A DNA stretch of 64,000 nucleotides from an uncultured virus (IMG/VR IMGVR_UViG_3300018080_000012) (IMGVR_UViG_3300018080_000012), one strand, 5' to 3'; positions 9,352 to 20,055 are shown, numbered from the stretch's first letter. Translations and numbers: made by a program. The notes: generated by a model not told the origin, from the letters alone.

Positions 9352-10674
9352 TTAACTGTAAAAATATCCGAAATATATTGCATCATCTTCATTATCTATT
9401 TGTATATCAACAATAAAATCTGTTGTAGATGCAGCATATCCAATTTGAATTTTTGTTCTACTTGTTGTTAAATTTCCAGAACTATCCATATAATACCATG
9501 TATTAGCAATAAAACCAGAAAGTCCCGACTTCCATCCTCTTAATGTCACTTCATTTGAGCTTGAATCTGTATACATTGCACTTGGAGGATTTGCAAATGA
9601 CGCGTTTTCCCATTTACCAGTACTATTATTATAATATACAGGATCTTTAACTGAAGCACCTACATCAACCGCTTGCGCTGTTAATCTTAAATTTCCAGCA
9701 TTTAATTGAAATGTTCTTAGATCTTCAAGTCTTATTATGTTGTTTACATCAGCGGTCCAACTTCCTCTATCGTCTACATCTCTTAAATCAGCTGAAACTA
9801 AATTTGCAGAACCTCCTTGTGTTCTTATTTCTCCTAATTTAAAGAAAGCGACGCCTCCTACGTAATCGTATTCGTAGTTGGGTATTATCGTTAATCCCAA
9901 TAGATCATTCAATGCATCGTCAGCTGTTGAGGGGTAGAACGTTACATGTGAATCGCCGCCAACCGTTGTTGACGTTATAACTAAGTGATCTGATCCATCA
10001 TTTGTTGCTATTACTCCAAATCCTGCTGCATTAATAAGAGCTATAACTTCTGCTATTGTTGTTGCCGATGGCGTTCCTCCTCTACAATCTATCGTTACAG
10101 GACTTCCACTTTCATCTATATCAAATTTTAAATTATAATTTGTTGATAAATCAACTGTTGTTATTACTGGAATTCCTGTTATCGTTGCAGCATCTCCTCC
10201 TGTTAATGACGGTGCGACTCCTGCACCCGCAGTTCCTTTTGTAACTTGAACTTCTAGTTCTATCCTTCTATCTATATTTTTAGATTGTTGAGTCAACGTT
10301 CCAGTAGAAGGATCTATTATATCTACTGTTGACGCATTTTCATCTGTGACGCTATATCTTGCTTCAATAAGATCATATCTATCAAGCGTTGCATGTGCAG
10401 CATCTACTGTAATCACTTTTTTATCTTGTTGTGCTATACAATAAACTTGCTCAGTATCTTTTTTCTGAATAAAAAATCCGCTTGCTTCTAACTCAAACGT
10501 CCATCCAGAAGGGTTTTCAAAATTTCCACCTCTAAATACTGCATTTTCTTCAGATATTAAACCAGAAACTAATGAGCTTAAATTATCTCTAGCAAGATCT
10601 CCAATTCGAGTTAGAGTTCTATTAGCAGCAATTCTTTGAAATTCGTTATGTTTTAAAAATATAAAATCTTTCAT
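9352..10674 (-). CDS. Baseplate-proximal tail fibre protein
   Basis: Follows baseplate wedge genes; DAAHATLDRYDLI motif. Confidence 0.65.
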   Translation of the reverse strand: MKDFIFLKHNEFQRIAANRTLTRIGDLARDNLSSLVSGLISEENAVFRGGNFENPSGWTFELEASGFFIQKKDTEQVYCIAQQDKKVITVDAAHATLDRYDLIEARYSVTDENASTVDIIDPSTGTLTQQSKNIDRRIELEVQVTKGTAGAGVAPSLTGGDAATITGIPVITTVDLSTNYNLKFDIDESGSPVTIDCRGGTPSATTIAEVIALINAAGFGVIATNDGSDHLVITSTTVGGDSHVTFYPSTADDALNDLLGLTIIPNYEYDYVGGVAFFKLGEIRTQGGSANLVSADLRDVDDRGSWTADVNNIIRLEDLRTFQLNAGNLRLTAQAVDVGASVKDPVYYNNSTGKWENASFANPPSAMYTDSSSNEVTLRGWKSGLSGFIANTWYYMDSSGNLTTSRTKIQIGYAASTTDFIVDIQIDNEDDAIYFGYFYS

Positions 10675-10691
10675 CTATCTTTCTCCCTCCT

Positions 10692-11321
10692 TTAAACGAT
10701 TATAACTGTAAATAAAATACCGCATGCCCTATAAGCATTTATTAAATTTAATATTGTCACATAATCTCCCGGGTCTACATTCTCCATAATTATAATTATA
10801 AAAAACGGACTTCCATTCTCTTCCATAGTTATTGCTGATTTTACTACCCAAACTCCAGGTATATTGAATTCTCTATCACTATCTGCAAATGAAACATCAG
10901 CAAAAGCACCATCCATTCCTCCTTCTATTATTTGTACATTATCAGCATAATCATCTAAAGGAATTTTTATCCCTATAGGAGAACATTTTACTGTTGTCGT
11001 ATTAGTAAAGATCCTGTTTCTATAATCTGTATCACTTTCTCCAGAAAATCTTATAACATTATATATTACTCCACCCATATAATCCAACCAACTATCTACT
11101 GTATTTCTTAAATCTAATTGATTAATCAAGAAACTAAAAAGCCTTCTTGAATATTCTAATGGATTACTTATTGCTCCAGTATTGATATTATTTATTTTAA
11201 CTTCAGTAGAAAACGAAGGAGTTACAAGACTACTGTCTCCTACAAGATTTAAATATTCTCCAGATTCTCTATTATATATTTTTAATAGATCATTTAATAA
11301 TTCAATCGCTCTATCTGACAC
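10692..11321 (-). CDS. Baseplate wedge protein (P2 gpI/Mu gp48-like)
   Basis: WLDYMG...R.SGESDTDYRNRI motif, downstream of baseplate J. Confidence 0.7.
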   Translation of the reverse strand: MSDRAIELLNDLLKIYNRESGEYLNLVGDSSLVTPSFSTEVKINNINTGAISNPLEYSRRLFSFLINQLDLRNTVDSWLDYMGGVIYNVIRFSGESDTDYRNRIFTNTTTVKCSPIGIKIPLDDYADNVQIIEGGMDGAFADVSFADSDREFNIPGVWVVKSAITMEENGSPFFIIIIMENVDPGDYVTILNLINAYRACGILFTVIIV

Positions 11322-11324
11322 TTT

Positions 11325-12443
11325 TTACTCCGTTACTCTTGAACTTGTTACGATTACAGTTCCCGTCTTTGCAACTTTTTCATCTGTTATAATTACATTA
11401 GCTGCAGGTAAAGTTACATCAACATCATAAATTTCTTCATCTGCTAATTTTATTACTTTAATTATTTCAGTCACAACAACATCTTGTCCTAATCTTAATG
11501 TATTAATATAAGTTTCTAAAGCATTTTGTGCTGCGATTTCTAAAGCTGAATCATCAGCAAGACTATCAATTAATATTTTTATTTCTACAGTCGCATTAAT
11601 AGTCTCAACAATTGGAGCTACTACTCTTACTTTTATTCCTGCAGCTCTGTATCCCGGATAATTTGCTTCATCATTTGGATCTCCATTAATTACTTTCTCA
11701 ATTTCTTCTTTTAATACTGTTGATATTGTTCCAGTCCCATCATCTGCATATATCGTTACCCACCCCGGAGTAGGTGAATGCTCTACTGCTGATGCAGACA
11801 CAATACCTGATACTGAAAGAGCTCCAGCAATTAATCCATTAACAGTGGCTCTCGCTAATGAACTTACATATAATCGGAATCTTTCTATTCTATCTTCATC
11901 TGATTCTTCAGCAGTTCCTCCTGCAAAGACTGTTGCGTTATTACACGCTTCGACTCCATCTGGTTGATTTGCAAAACTACCTTGCCCTATTAAAGTATTT
12001 ATTGCTCCAATTGAAATATTTCCATCAACTCCTGTTTGAGTACATTGCGCATTTATATTTCCACTTGATGTATTGCCTATTAGAATACTTCCTGCTGCAA
12101 TTGTTTCAAATCGTATACCATTTAATATCACTGCAGTCCCTATTGGTATAGTATATGTTTGACTCGCCGGAGTGACTCTGGTGAATTCTAAAGAACCCGA
12201 GGATTGATTCCCTGGTTTTCGTTCAAAATCAAAAGCATTATAAACTGATGTTGGAATTGCTAATTTTAAACCTTGATAGAAATCATTATGTGTTTGAGAT
12301 GTTATTAGAGAAATAGCTTCTAGTAGAACTAATAATCTTGATCCTTCATTAAAATTATTCAATGTAGAACTAGCTCCAACTAAATATCTCTTCATAGCAT
12401 CTAGTATCTGAAGAAAAGTTTTTGGTTTATATATTTCAGCCAT
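11325..12443 (-). CDS. Baseplate J-like protein
   Basis: NFNEGS, IPIGT, G.DGN, GG..EESDE..IERF, L.LGQDV. Confidence 0.9.
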   Translation of the reverse strand: MAEIYKPKTFLQILDAMKRYLVGASSTLNNFNEGSRLLVLLEAISLITSQTHNDFYQGLKLAIPTSVYNAFDFERKPGNQSSGSLEFTRVTPASQTYTIPIGTAVILNGIRFETIAAGSILIGNTSSGNINAQCTQTGVDGNISIGAINTLIGQGSFANQPDGVEACNNATVFAGGTAEESDEDRIERFRLYVSSLARATVNGLIAGALSVSGIVSASAVEHSPTPGWVTIYADDGTGTISTVLKEEIEKVINGDPNDEANYPGYRAAGIKVRVVAPIVETINATVEIKILIDSLADDSALEIAAQNALETYINTLRLGQDVVVTEIIKVIKLADEEIYDVDVTLPAANVIITDEKVAKTGTVIVTSSRVTE

Positions 12444-12455
12444 ATTATTTCTCCT

Positions 12456-14348
12456 TTATATTAAAAGACCCGCAATTACATCTCCCACATCAATTACTTC
12501 TTCTTTACCAGAATATGGTTTTAAATGTAATGGGATCCTTAATGTATCTCCAGTCAAATCGGCTTCTTCTTTACTTACAAAAGCTTGTTTTGTTCTGGGG
12601 TCGCTTAATGCTTGTGTTTCTATATTTTCAAATATTCTTTGTATTGCAACACTCGAAGGAGCATTCCCTATTTCTAACATTATTCCCCAATTTGGATGAA
12701 TCGGATTAAGTGTTCCTCTAGAATATTTGCATCTATCCTCTATATTTTCTAAATAACAATTTTCTCCATATACTAATCCCAAATCTCCAGTTCCATCTAC
12801 AACAATTTCTCTATTGTTGTTTAAATCAAAATCGTTTCCTAATATTTGTAATTGCCTCTCTTTAGGAGTAGCTTGTTTTAATTTTTTATAATATACTAAA
12901 TTATTATCAAGTAATTTAGATGGAGACTTATAATCTAATGGAATAATTATATTTCTTCCTAATAAAACTTCATTTTCAAAATCAGAATTTTTTAGATCAT
13001 TAGCTTCACCTATTATATTCCCTTTAGTATAATCTCCATAGAATTTATTTCCTAATTTTGGTAATGTATCTCCTTGTTGGACTTCATAATAAACTCTGTT
13101 TCTACTTATAAAAGCATTTTCTTGCTTTTGAATTTGATCAGACAGAAAATCTGTATCTTCTAAAGTTTTATCATCTACATTATATATTTTTTCTTGTTCT
13201 GATATTCCATAATATTTTTCAGTTCCCTTCATTTCATTCAATTTTATTTTATTCTGCTCTAATGCATCTTGTATATTTAAAAGATCTTCATCAAGCTGTG
13301 CTGTTTCATTTTCTAAGTCTGTAATAGGTAATCCTGAAGTTGAAGTAAAAAGTCTTTCTTCAAAATCATCATTCTTTTCTTCTACACCATTTATTTTAGA
13401 AACAAAATTATTCCAGTTTGCAGATACATTATCTCCAAATAAAACAAGATCATTATATAAATTATTTGCTGCTGTTTTCAATGCAGTAAAATAGCTTACA
13501 ATTTGGTTCGGAATATTAGTTATCTCTTCAAATGTATTTAACAATGTATTATACGTATTTCTAAAATCATCTATTATTTCAAAAGGACTTTCTTTTTTAG
13601 TAACTTTTCCCAAACCTAAATAGATATTTTTAAATTCCCTCATACAAGTCATTTCGATAGTATAATTGATTGTAAAAGGATCATCTTTCGTCCTATTCAT
13701 AGTGAAGTTAGTAAAAATAACTTCATAATGATTATTATCATCATAATCATGATATACAATTACTAATTTATCGTATAATGCATTCCCACCTTCTAAACTA
13801 AGAATTGTATTTAGATCTGATATATCATTTGGTGCTTTTGAAAAAATTTGTTGACCTTGATCTCCAATGTAAACATCTCTTAATCTTGAAACTATCCATC
13901 TCAATTTAAAAAACTCATCTAATCCGCTTAAACCTGCAAGACCCGGAATATTTATCCCAACAGTATTTAGAAGACTATTTCCTAGTCTTTTTCCTTGTTG
14001 TATAATTCCCTCGCCTGTTTTCTTTACAAAATCTTTAGCACTCGATAAAGCTCCTGATTCTATATTCGGTTTACTTACCGGGTATCCAGAATAATAACTA
14101 TGCAGACTTCCAGATAATCTTAATGTTTTAAAATCGTTTCCGAAATCATCTACCCAACCACCACCTGATGTTTTCGTTACAGTCACTTTATATCCTTCTG
14201 ACATACTGTATTCTTCAGGAGGAAGTAAAAAGAAAATCTCTTCACCTAACTTTGAACCTATAGCTCCAGAAGATGTTCTCTCAAAGAATTCAAATGAAAA
14301 AGCTGCAGTTGGAGTGTATTCGTTACCAAGGAGCTTTAAAAGACTCAT
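12456..14348 (-). CDS. Multidomain baseplate protein (tube-initiator-like, LysM, gp25-like)
   Basis: LPPEEY...TSGGGWVDDFG N-terminus; LysM YEVQQGDTL; C-terminal GDL..V.G...GTL..HPNWG...DPR. Confidence 0.7.
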   Translation of the reverse strand: MSLLKLLGNEYTPTAAFSFEFFERTSSGAIGSKLGEEIFFLLPPEEYSMSEGYKVTVTKTSGGGWVDDFGNDFKTLRLSGSLHSYYSGYPVSKPNIESGALSSAKDFVKKTGEGIIQQGKRLGNSLLNTVGINIPGLAGLSGLDEFFKLRWIVSRLRDVYIGDQGQQIFSKAPNDISDLNTILSLEGGNALYDKLVIVYHDYDDNNHYEVIFTNFTMNRTKDDPFTINYTIEMTCMREFKNIYLGLGKVTKKESPFEIIDDFRNTYNTLLNTFEEITNIPNQIVSYFTALKTAANNLYNDLVLFGDNVSANWNNFVSKINGVEEKNDDFEERLFTSTSGLPITDLENETAQLDEDLLNIQDALEQNKIKLNEMKGTEKYYGISEQEKIYNVDDKTLEDTDFLSDQIQKQENAFISRNRVYYEVQQGDTLPKLGNKFYGDYTKGNIIGEANDLKNSDFENEVLLGRNIIIPLDYKSPSKLLDNNLVYYKKLKQATPKERQLQILGNDFDLNNNREIVVDGTGDLGLVYGENCYLENIEDRCKYSRGTLNPIHPNWGIMLEIGNAPSSVAIQRIFENIETQALSDPRTKQAFVSKEEADLTGDTLRIPLHLKPYSGKEEVIDVGDVIAGLLI

Positions 14349-14481
14349 TGTCGCCCTCCTCTTCTTTTTTATCTTTATCTTTTCCTATAATAGCGTCTTT
14401 AAATAAATATGAAGTTATAAATATAAATATTGCAAATCCAATAATAGATAAAACCATTATAGTAATAAATTCTTTATCCAT
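14323..14481 (-). CDS. Small single-TM protein (52 aa), not in ORF track
   Basis: MDKEFITIMVLSIIGFAIFIFITSYLFKD...APW*, GGAGGA SD. Confidence 0.55.
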   Translation of the reverse strand: MDKEFITIMVLSIIGFAIFIFITSYLFKDAIIGKDKDKKEEEGDNESFKAPW

Positions 14482-14694
14482 CTATGATATTCCTCCAGTA
14501 CCCGATGCTGCCACCGGCCCGTTTGGAAGCGTCCCTGTAACAGTTGTAGAAACTTCTGCATTAGCTACTATATAATTTACAATAGCATTCATTTCAGCTT
14601 TTCTTACTTTTGTCATATCTCGTTTGTCCGCTTCACTTAAAGCATCAATTGCATTTTGAACTGCTGTTGCTAAATCATCTCCAACTAATGGCAT
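14482..14694 (-). CDS. Small baseplate/spike-associated protein
   Basis: AIVNYIVANAEV...GTGGIS; near spike gene. Confidence 0.5.
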   Translation of the reverse strand: MPLVGDDLATAVQNAIDALSEADKRDMTKVRKAEMNAIVNYIVANAEVSTTVTGTLPNGPVAASGTGGIS

Positions 14695-14713
14695 TTTTTT
14701 CTCCTAATATTTA

Positions 14714-15214
14714 TTAATATTGATCTTCTTCAAAATCATATATTTCTTTTAAATCGTTATAATTTATACCATATTTATTCAATATAGTATTTATTTTTTT
14801 TATTTCATCTTTTGATTTTTCAGAGCTAAAACCTATTGTAGAAAAAGTTCCAAAATCTTTTCCATTTATTTTAATTTTTTCTATTCCTTGAAATTCTTCT
14901 ACAATTATTTTAATATTATCTTTTTTTAATGTAGTAGTAGTAACAGATGTAGGATCTGCCATTCCGACTACTTTACTAGTTGTATTAAAATCCCATCCTT
15001 TTGATTTTAATTTATTCAATCTTTCTCCTTTTTCTTTCTTATCTTTTGATTGTTTATCAGATACTAGTTTTCCTGTCTTTGTATCTTTGTACCAGTATTT
15101 ATAGTTACCTTTAACACCAGTACGTTTGACGTACTTAGCTTTCATTAAATCACCACCTTCAGTGACTGCGTTTGATTTGAAAAATCCATCATCATTTAAA
15201 AAAGGTTGTTTCAT
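14714..15214 (-). CDS. Tagged putative virion-cargo protein (leader A plus tag C)
   Basis: MKQPFLNDDGFFKSNAVTEGGDLMKAKYVKRTGVKGNYKYWYKD, shared with genes at 42-48 kb. Confidence 0.65.
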   Translation of the reverse strand: MKQPFLNDDGFFKSNAVTEGGDLMKAKYVKRTGVKGNYKYWYKDTKTGKLVSDKQSKDKKEKGERLNKLKSKGWDFNTTSKVVGMADPTSVTTTTLKKDNIKIIVEEFQGIEKIKINGKDFGTFSTIGFSSEKSKDEIKKINTILNKYGINYNDLKEIYDFEEDQY

Positions 15215-15223
15215 AATATTCTC

Positions 15224-15853
15224 CTATACTTTTACTTTAGTATTTCCTATTGTATGTTGTGCGCCTGAATAAATACAATTAGGCAAATTATTTACTAATT
15301 GTTTTGCTATGTTCTCTCCAAATTCTATACTTTCGTTATTAGGAGTATCTATAACAATCTTTCCTGTTTGAAAATCTATTTCTAATCTACGATACGTCGA
15401 TCCATCTTTTTTCCCTATTTCAACCTTACCATCTTTCTTCAATAATACTCTTGTTCCAGAAAAATGGAATAATGCAATGTCTTCAAGATCTTCTAAAATT
15501 TCATTATATTTATAATCGTCCTTCTCTTCAACTTCCCATGAAGGATGTGGCAATGGAAAACATCCTACGGGATTTTCAGAATTCCCTCTTAGAAATAAAA
15601 TTCCTATCAATTGATTTTCCCTAGGAGGTATAAATAATCCATGAGGATATTCAGTTTCTAAGTCTATTCCGCCTCCATAATAAGGTACATTGTTTAGATA
15701 CCCTCCAACTCCAAGTTCTATATCAACCACAAGTCTTTTTTTATCAGTATCTTCTCCTATTTGCTGTTTGCTTCTCACAACTCTACCTAAAAATAACTCA
15801 TAAGCTTCTTTATCTGGAAATTCATTATCTATTTCTATAAAATCATTTGGCAT
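15224..15853 (-). CDS. Baseplate central spike (gpV-like)
   Basis: OB-fold-like N-terminus, HFSGT beta-helix start, C-terminal CIYSGAQH; follows hub. Confidence 0.7.
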   Translation of the reverse strand: MPNDFIEIDNEFPDKEAYELFLGRVVRSKQQIGEDTDKKRLVVDIELGVGGYLNNVPYYGGGIDLETEYPHGLFIPPRENQLIGILFLRGNSENPVGCFPLPHPSWEVEEKDDYKYNEILEDLEDIALFHFSGTRVLLKKDGKVEIGKKDGSTYRRLEIDFQTGKIVIDTPNNESIEFGENIAKQLVNNLPNCIYSGAQHTIGNTKVKV

Positions 15854-17511
15854 TAATTCTCACCCTTCTTTAAAATTTTACTTGAGACTCCTCTCTCTAA
15901 AGTTAATGTTGACTCAAATATTCCGCCATAAACATAATTTTGTATGATCCCAGTTATATAATATTTTCCTTCTTCATAATCATCATCAATCTGCCCAGAT
16001 TCTCTTTCATAAGATAATACATTCCCAACTCTTATTTTTTCATTCCCTTGAATCGTCATTGTTCCAGAAAGATATCTATCTGAATTTTGATACCAGCTTC
16101 TTAATTTCTTTTGAAAAACATTACAAGTGCTGATAATTCCTCCGTGTTTATAACTTTTACTGCCAATATCCATTGCATCTAATTTAGCCTCTAATGAGTT
16201 ATAGCCATATCTTCTTAAAGCATTTTCATCATATTCTGCATTCGCAACTATTTTTGCACAATCTCCAGTTATTAATCCATTGCTAGGAGTAACTGAATAA
16301 AATGTAGGCTTGTTATTCCGTCCAATCATTAAGTTCTTTTCAACAATTAAAGAATCATAAACTACATATTTATTAAGATCTTTCATCATCAATAAACTTT
16401 CCATTCCTGTAAATATATTACTTTCAACAGAATCATCATCATAAGGAGTAGGCCTTAAAACAATATAAGCTTTTCCTTTTAAAAGCTTTTTTGTTCTCTT
16501 TCCTTTTTTTAAAGTAGATGTACTTGAAAGTTGTATATTCTCTCCTTTTCCATCATTTGCATTCGCATCATAAAAGCTATTAGCCTCTGTCCATATTGTT
16601 CCAGAGAATTCTCTTAAATTTCCTATTACAACTTCTGTATCTCCTGTTTCTACATATAATTCATTAAAAGGATACGAAGCGAATTGCTTAATGAAATTCA
16701 TTAGATCACCTTGATAATTCCATACAGAAAATTGCATAGGATAATAGTTTCCATAAGTTATTTCAGAAAGAGCTCCAGATCCTTTTACAGTGCTTAATAT
16801 ATCTCCTTTTTTTACTATCTGCCTCTTTCCTTTTTCATTATAATACATAACATCTGAATCTGCTAATACATTAAAAAATCCATCACTTTCTGTTATTCCA
16901 ATCAATTTATCCTGAATCTCATCTCCGTCTACAAATCCAAACTTACTATTTACAACATCAGGTTGGATTTGATTCATTACTTTAACCATCCAAGTATTAT
17001 ATATTTGCATTATTAATCTTGCTGGACTTTCACCTCCAATCAAACCGAATGCAAGAGCTCCACCCATCATAGCATAATTATATAATCTTCCTTTAGACAA
17101 TTTATTATCGTACCATACTTTATGTTCTAATAATAATGCTGTCATATCTCTTCCCATTATAGTAACGATTCTTGAAGGCTTATCTCCTCTAAAAGATTCT
17201 GATTTTGAAACACTATCAATTATTCCAAGCATTTGTTCTTTACCATTTATATAAATATCTACTAATCCCATAGGCCTAAATATATCGAAAGCATGAACAT
17301 CTTCTTTAACATTTAGTTTAAAAAAATCTTTATATCTTTGCCTTCCAACTAATTGTATTGAAAATCCTCCAGCTGAAACTCCTAAATTTTTTTGAGTTCT
17401 TAATGAGATTATATCTCCTCCAAATTCTCCGCTATTAACAGAAAACTTATCTCCTTTGACTGACGTAAAAGTTACTTCAATATATGGTGCTGAATAATTT
17501 GCTTTTGTCAT
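15853..17511 (-). CDS. Baseplate hub protein (gp27/gp44-like)
   Basis: GGFSIQL, GRD, LRPTP, RRYG, GN..IRVG..L, YYITGI...T.LTLERG. Confidence 0.75.
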   Translation of the reverse strand: MTKANYSAPYIEVTFTSVKGDKFSVNSGEFGGDIISLRTQKNLGVSAGGFSIQLVGRQRYKDFFKLNVKEDVHAFDIFRPMGLVDIYINGKEQMLGIIDSVSKSESFRGDKPSRIVTIMGRDMTALLLEHKVWYDNKLSKGRLYNYAMMGGALAFGLIGGESPARLIMQIYNTWMVKVMNQIQPDVVNSKFGFVDGDEIQDKLIGITESDGFFNVLADSDVMYYNEKGKRQIVKKGDILSTVKGSGALSEITYGNYYPMQFSVWNYQGDLMNFIKQFASYPFNELYVETGDTEVVIGNLREFSGTIWTEANSFYDANANDGKGENIQLSSTSTLKKGKRTKKLLKGKAYIVLRPTPYDDDSVESNIFTGMESLLMMKDLNKYVVYDSLIVEKNLMIGRNNKPTFYSVTPSNGLITGDCAKIVANAEYDENALRRYGYNSLEAKLDAMDIGSKSYKHGGIISTCNVFQKKLRSWYQNSDRYLSGTMTIQGNEKIRVGNVLSYERESGQIDDDYEEGKYYITGIIQNYVYGGIFESTLTLERGVSSKILKKGEN

Positions 17512-19310
17512 TGTGCTCTATTTCCCGTCAATTTCTTTTTTAAACTACTCCTATAAGTAGGGCTGAAAATCATTCTCCATTGATTAATTGGGTTTGTTAA
17601 ATCTGCTTGAACTTGTTGCTTTGGTGTCATTTCTCTATATCTATCAAGACTTTTAATTAAATTTTGTATAGAAGTCTTTAATTCTTGAGTTGTTTTTACC
17701 ATAGTTTCATTAACGCCAATCAATGCGATATTTGAATCTCTTACATCTTGTGCTTTTGTAAGTTCTATTGCTCCAGTAAGTTTTTCAAGACGAGATTCTA
17801 CAACACCTTCTCCTTTAGCTGCTAAAGCTTCTGGCGTCATTTTACCACTTTTTGAAGCATCGAATGTCTTAACAGATTCCATTATACTTTTCATGACGTC
17901 TACATCTTGAACTCTACCAAATGCTCCTGATTTCTGCAACCAAAGAGCAGCAAGATCTTTATTTCCTGGAAAAAGTTTTTCAGCTTCTTCAACCATTGAT
18001 TTTGTACCATATAATGGATTTCTTACCATTTGTTTCTGTACATCAAAAAATGAAACTGGGCCTTGTTTTTCTCTTTTCATTTTATTCCATACAGATTGCA
18101 TTGCAAAAGATTCTGCCGCTCCTCCTTCCATCATTGCCGCTCTACCAAAAAGAGTTGTAGATGCACTCATTATTTGAGGAGCTAAAGCTTTTATTCTTTC
18201 ATCTGAATTACTTGAAAAAGCCATCAATGAAGTTATAATATCTTTATTTGATCTTTTAGTTCCCGAATATACTGCATCACTTAATGCACTTTTCACATTA
18301 TCTAAAAACTCTACAGTTCTTGCTCCTCCCATTCCTACTTCTTCAGCAGCTCCTAATGACATCATCATTGTGTTATTTTTTATTTCTTCTTGTTTTCTAA
18401 ATCTGTCAAAAGTTCCTGCATACCCTCCAACTTGACCTGCAGACAATCCATAAGTCGCCATTGCTCTCATCATTTTATCAACTCTAGAACCTGCAGGGCC
18501 AAATTGTTCTCCAGTTCTTCCCATTGTTTGTCTTGCATACGCAGCCATTAAATTAACTTTTTCTGCGCCCTGAATTCCCAATAATGGATCACCTTCGTAG
18601 AATCCGCCTTTTCCCCCACCTGCATATCCTAAAGTTTGAATACCTGTCATTTGAGCTCCAGCTCTTTGTCTAAATGCATTTGACATTGCTGACATAACTT
18701 TATAAAGACCCGCAACAGCTGCTAATGCTATACCCACAGCGGGTAATGTTTTGCCTGCTTCTTGAAGCGCTGATGCTTGCTCATTAGTTACGTCTATTGG
18801 AGTTCTGCCTCCAATCCCTGCTCCAGTTCCCGCTCCACCACCACCTATTCCAATTCTCTTAAATATTCCACCTAAATCTTTAGCTCCAGATTTTATTTTT
18901 TCCATTTCTTTAGATGAAGATTGCATATTCTCTTTAAACGTATTAGAACTTGCTTTTAATGCTTTTCCTAGATCACCTATTTTAGATGCAAGAAATACAT
19001 CTTCTCTACCAGTCGTTAACGCTTCTGCTCCAGATATTTGTCCTTCTAATCCTGCACCTCTTCCAGCAGTTCCGGAAGGCCTTCTAAACATTTTTTGAGA
19101 TTCTTTTCCAGCGTTTTTCATCTGATCAACTATTTTCTTAAATTGATTCTCCATTTTCTTAAGAGATTTATGTTCACCAGATGGAGTTAATCCAGCTTTA
19201 GCTAGATCCTTGTATTTTTCAAGCATTTCCCCTGCTCTCTTTTTAGCAGATTCAAATGCCTTTTTAGTGTCATCAACGGCTCCAATTTTAAATTTTAGTT
19301 CATCAGCCAT
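17508..19310 (-). CDS. Tape measure protein
   Basis: IGAVDDTKKAF start, A/G/K-rich helical sequence, follows tail chaperones. Confidence 0.75.
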   Translation of the reverse strand: MADELKFKIGAVDDTKKAFESAKKRAGEMLEKYKDLAKAGLTPSGEHKSLKKMENQFKKIVDQMKNAGKESQKMFRRPSGTAGRGAGLEGQISGAEALTTGREDVFLASKIGDLGKALKASSNTFKENMQSSSKEMEKIKSGAKDLGGIFKRIGIGGGGAGTGAGIGGRTPIDVTNEQASALQEAGKTLPAVGIALAAVAGLYKVMSAMSNAFRQRAGAQMTGIQTLGYAGGGKGGFYEGDPLLGIQGAEKVNLMAAYARQTMGRTGEQFGPAGSRVDKMMRAMATYGLSAGQVGGYAGTFDRFRKQEEIKNNTMMMSLGAAEEVGMGGARTVEFLDNVKSALSDAVYSGTKRSNKDIITSLMAFSSNSDERIKALAPQIMSASTTLFGRAAMMEGGAAESFAMQSVWNKMKREKQGPVSFFDVQKQMVRNPLYGTKSMVEEAEKLFPGNKDLAALWLQKSGAFGRVQDVDVMKSIMESVKTFDASKSGKMTPEALAAKGEGVVESRLEKLTGAIELTKAQDVRDSNIALIGVNETMVKTTQELKTSIQNLIKSLDRYREMTPKQQVQADLTNPINQWRMIFSPTYRSSLKKKLTGNRAQ

Positions 19311-19674
19311 TTAACGATTTCTCCAAACTTTTAATTTCAAGCTTTTTCATTCTTTCACAATGCTCCTTGATTCTTCTTTCGATTTCTTCATCTTGCATTC
19401 CTTGTTGTTTGAATGCATTTCTCATATTCTTTATTAAACCTAAAGATACTAATTCATTCGGTTTCTTTTTCTTTATTCTATCAAGAGCTTTTGTTATTTT
19501 AAGGTGCTTAGAGATCTCTTTATGATCTGGTAAATTATTAACACCTTCAAATAACGCAATTTTCTGCTCTAAATATAAAGATTGAAACTTTATATCAGTA
19601 GGCAAAATATTGAACTTACTTAATATCCAAAAATCAATGAACGTTAATGGGTCTTTAAATTCTGATATCTCTAT
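19303..19674 (-). CDS. Tail assembly chaperone, -1 frame extension (GT-like)
   Basis: Frame is open up to the A10 run at 19674-19683: IEISEFKDPLTFIDFWILSKFNILPTDIKFQSL; no clear SD at the TTG. Confidence 0.75.
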   Translation of the reverse strand: MEISEFKDPLTFIDFWILSKFNILPTDIKFQSLYLEQKIALFEGVNNLPDHKEISKHLKITKALDRIKKKKPNELVSLGLIKNMRNAFKQQGMQDEEIERRIKEHCERMKKLEIKSLEKSLNG

Positions 19675-20021
19675 TTTTTTTTTAATAAATCTTGAAATTT
19701 TTTCTCAGAATCTAAAAAGAATTCCCATAATTTAAATAAAAACTCTTCATCAGCACAGTTATCTGCACCTTTCCACCATTTGGGTGTATCATTTAAAACA
19801 AAATTGAGAGTTATTATCATCCTTATATATTCATATTCTTCCGCCTTTATACTATCAAGGCTTGCTCCACCTAATGCTCTAGATGTTGAAGAAATGATAT
19901 TAGCCTTTTGATATGGGAGAGGCATCAAAATTGAAAACCTCCCCCTTTTATCAAAATTCTTCGTGAATGTTCTCTCTTCTTCAGTTACTTCTAAACTTGA
20001 ATTTTTTTCGTCTTCGTTCAT
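19671..20021 (-). CDS. Tail assembly chaperone (G-like)
   Basis: Between tube and tape measure; P.WW motif; ends TTA AAA AAA AAA TAG. Confidence 0.8.
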   Translation of the reverse strand: MNEDEKNSSLEVTEEERTFTKNFDKRGRFSILMPLPYQKANIISSTSRALGGASLDSIKAEEYEYIRMIITLNFVLNDTPKWWKGADNCADEEFLFKLWEFFLDSEKKFQDLLKKK

Positions 20022-20055
20022 AACGTTCCTCCTTCATTTCATTCATACATTCGAA

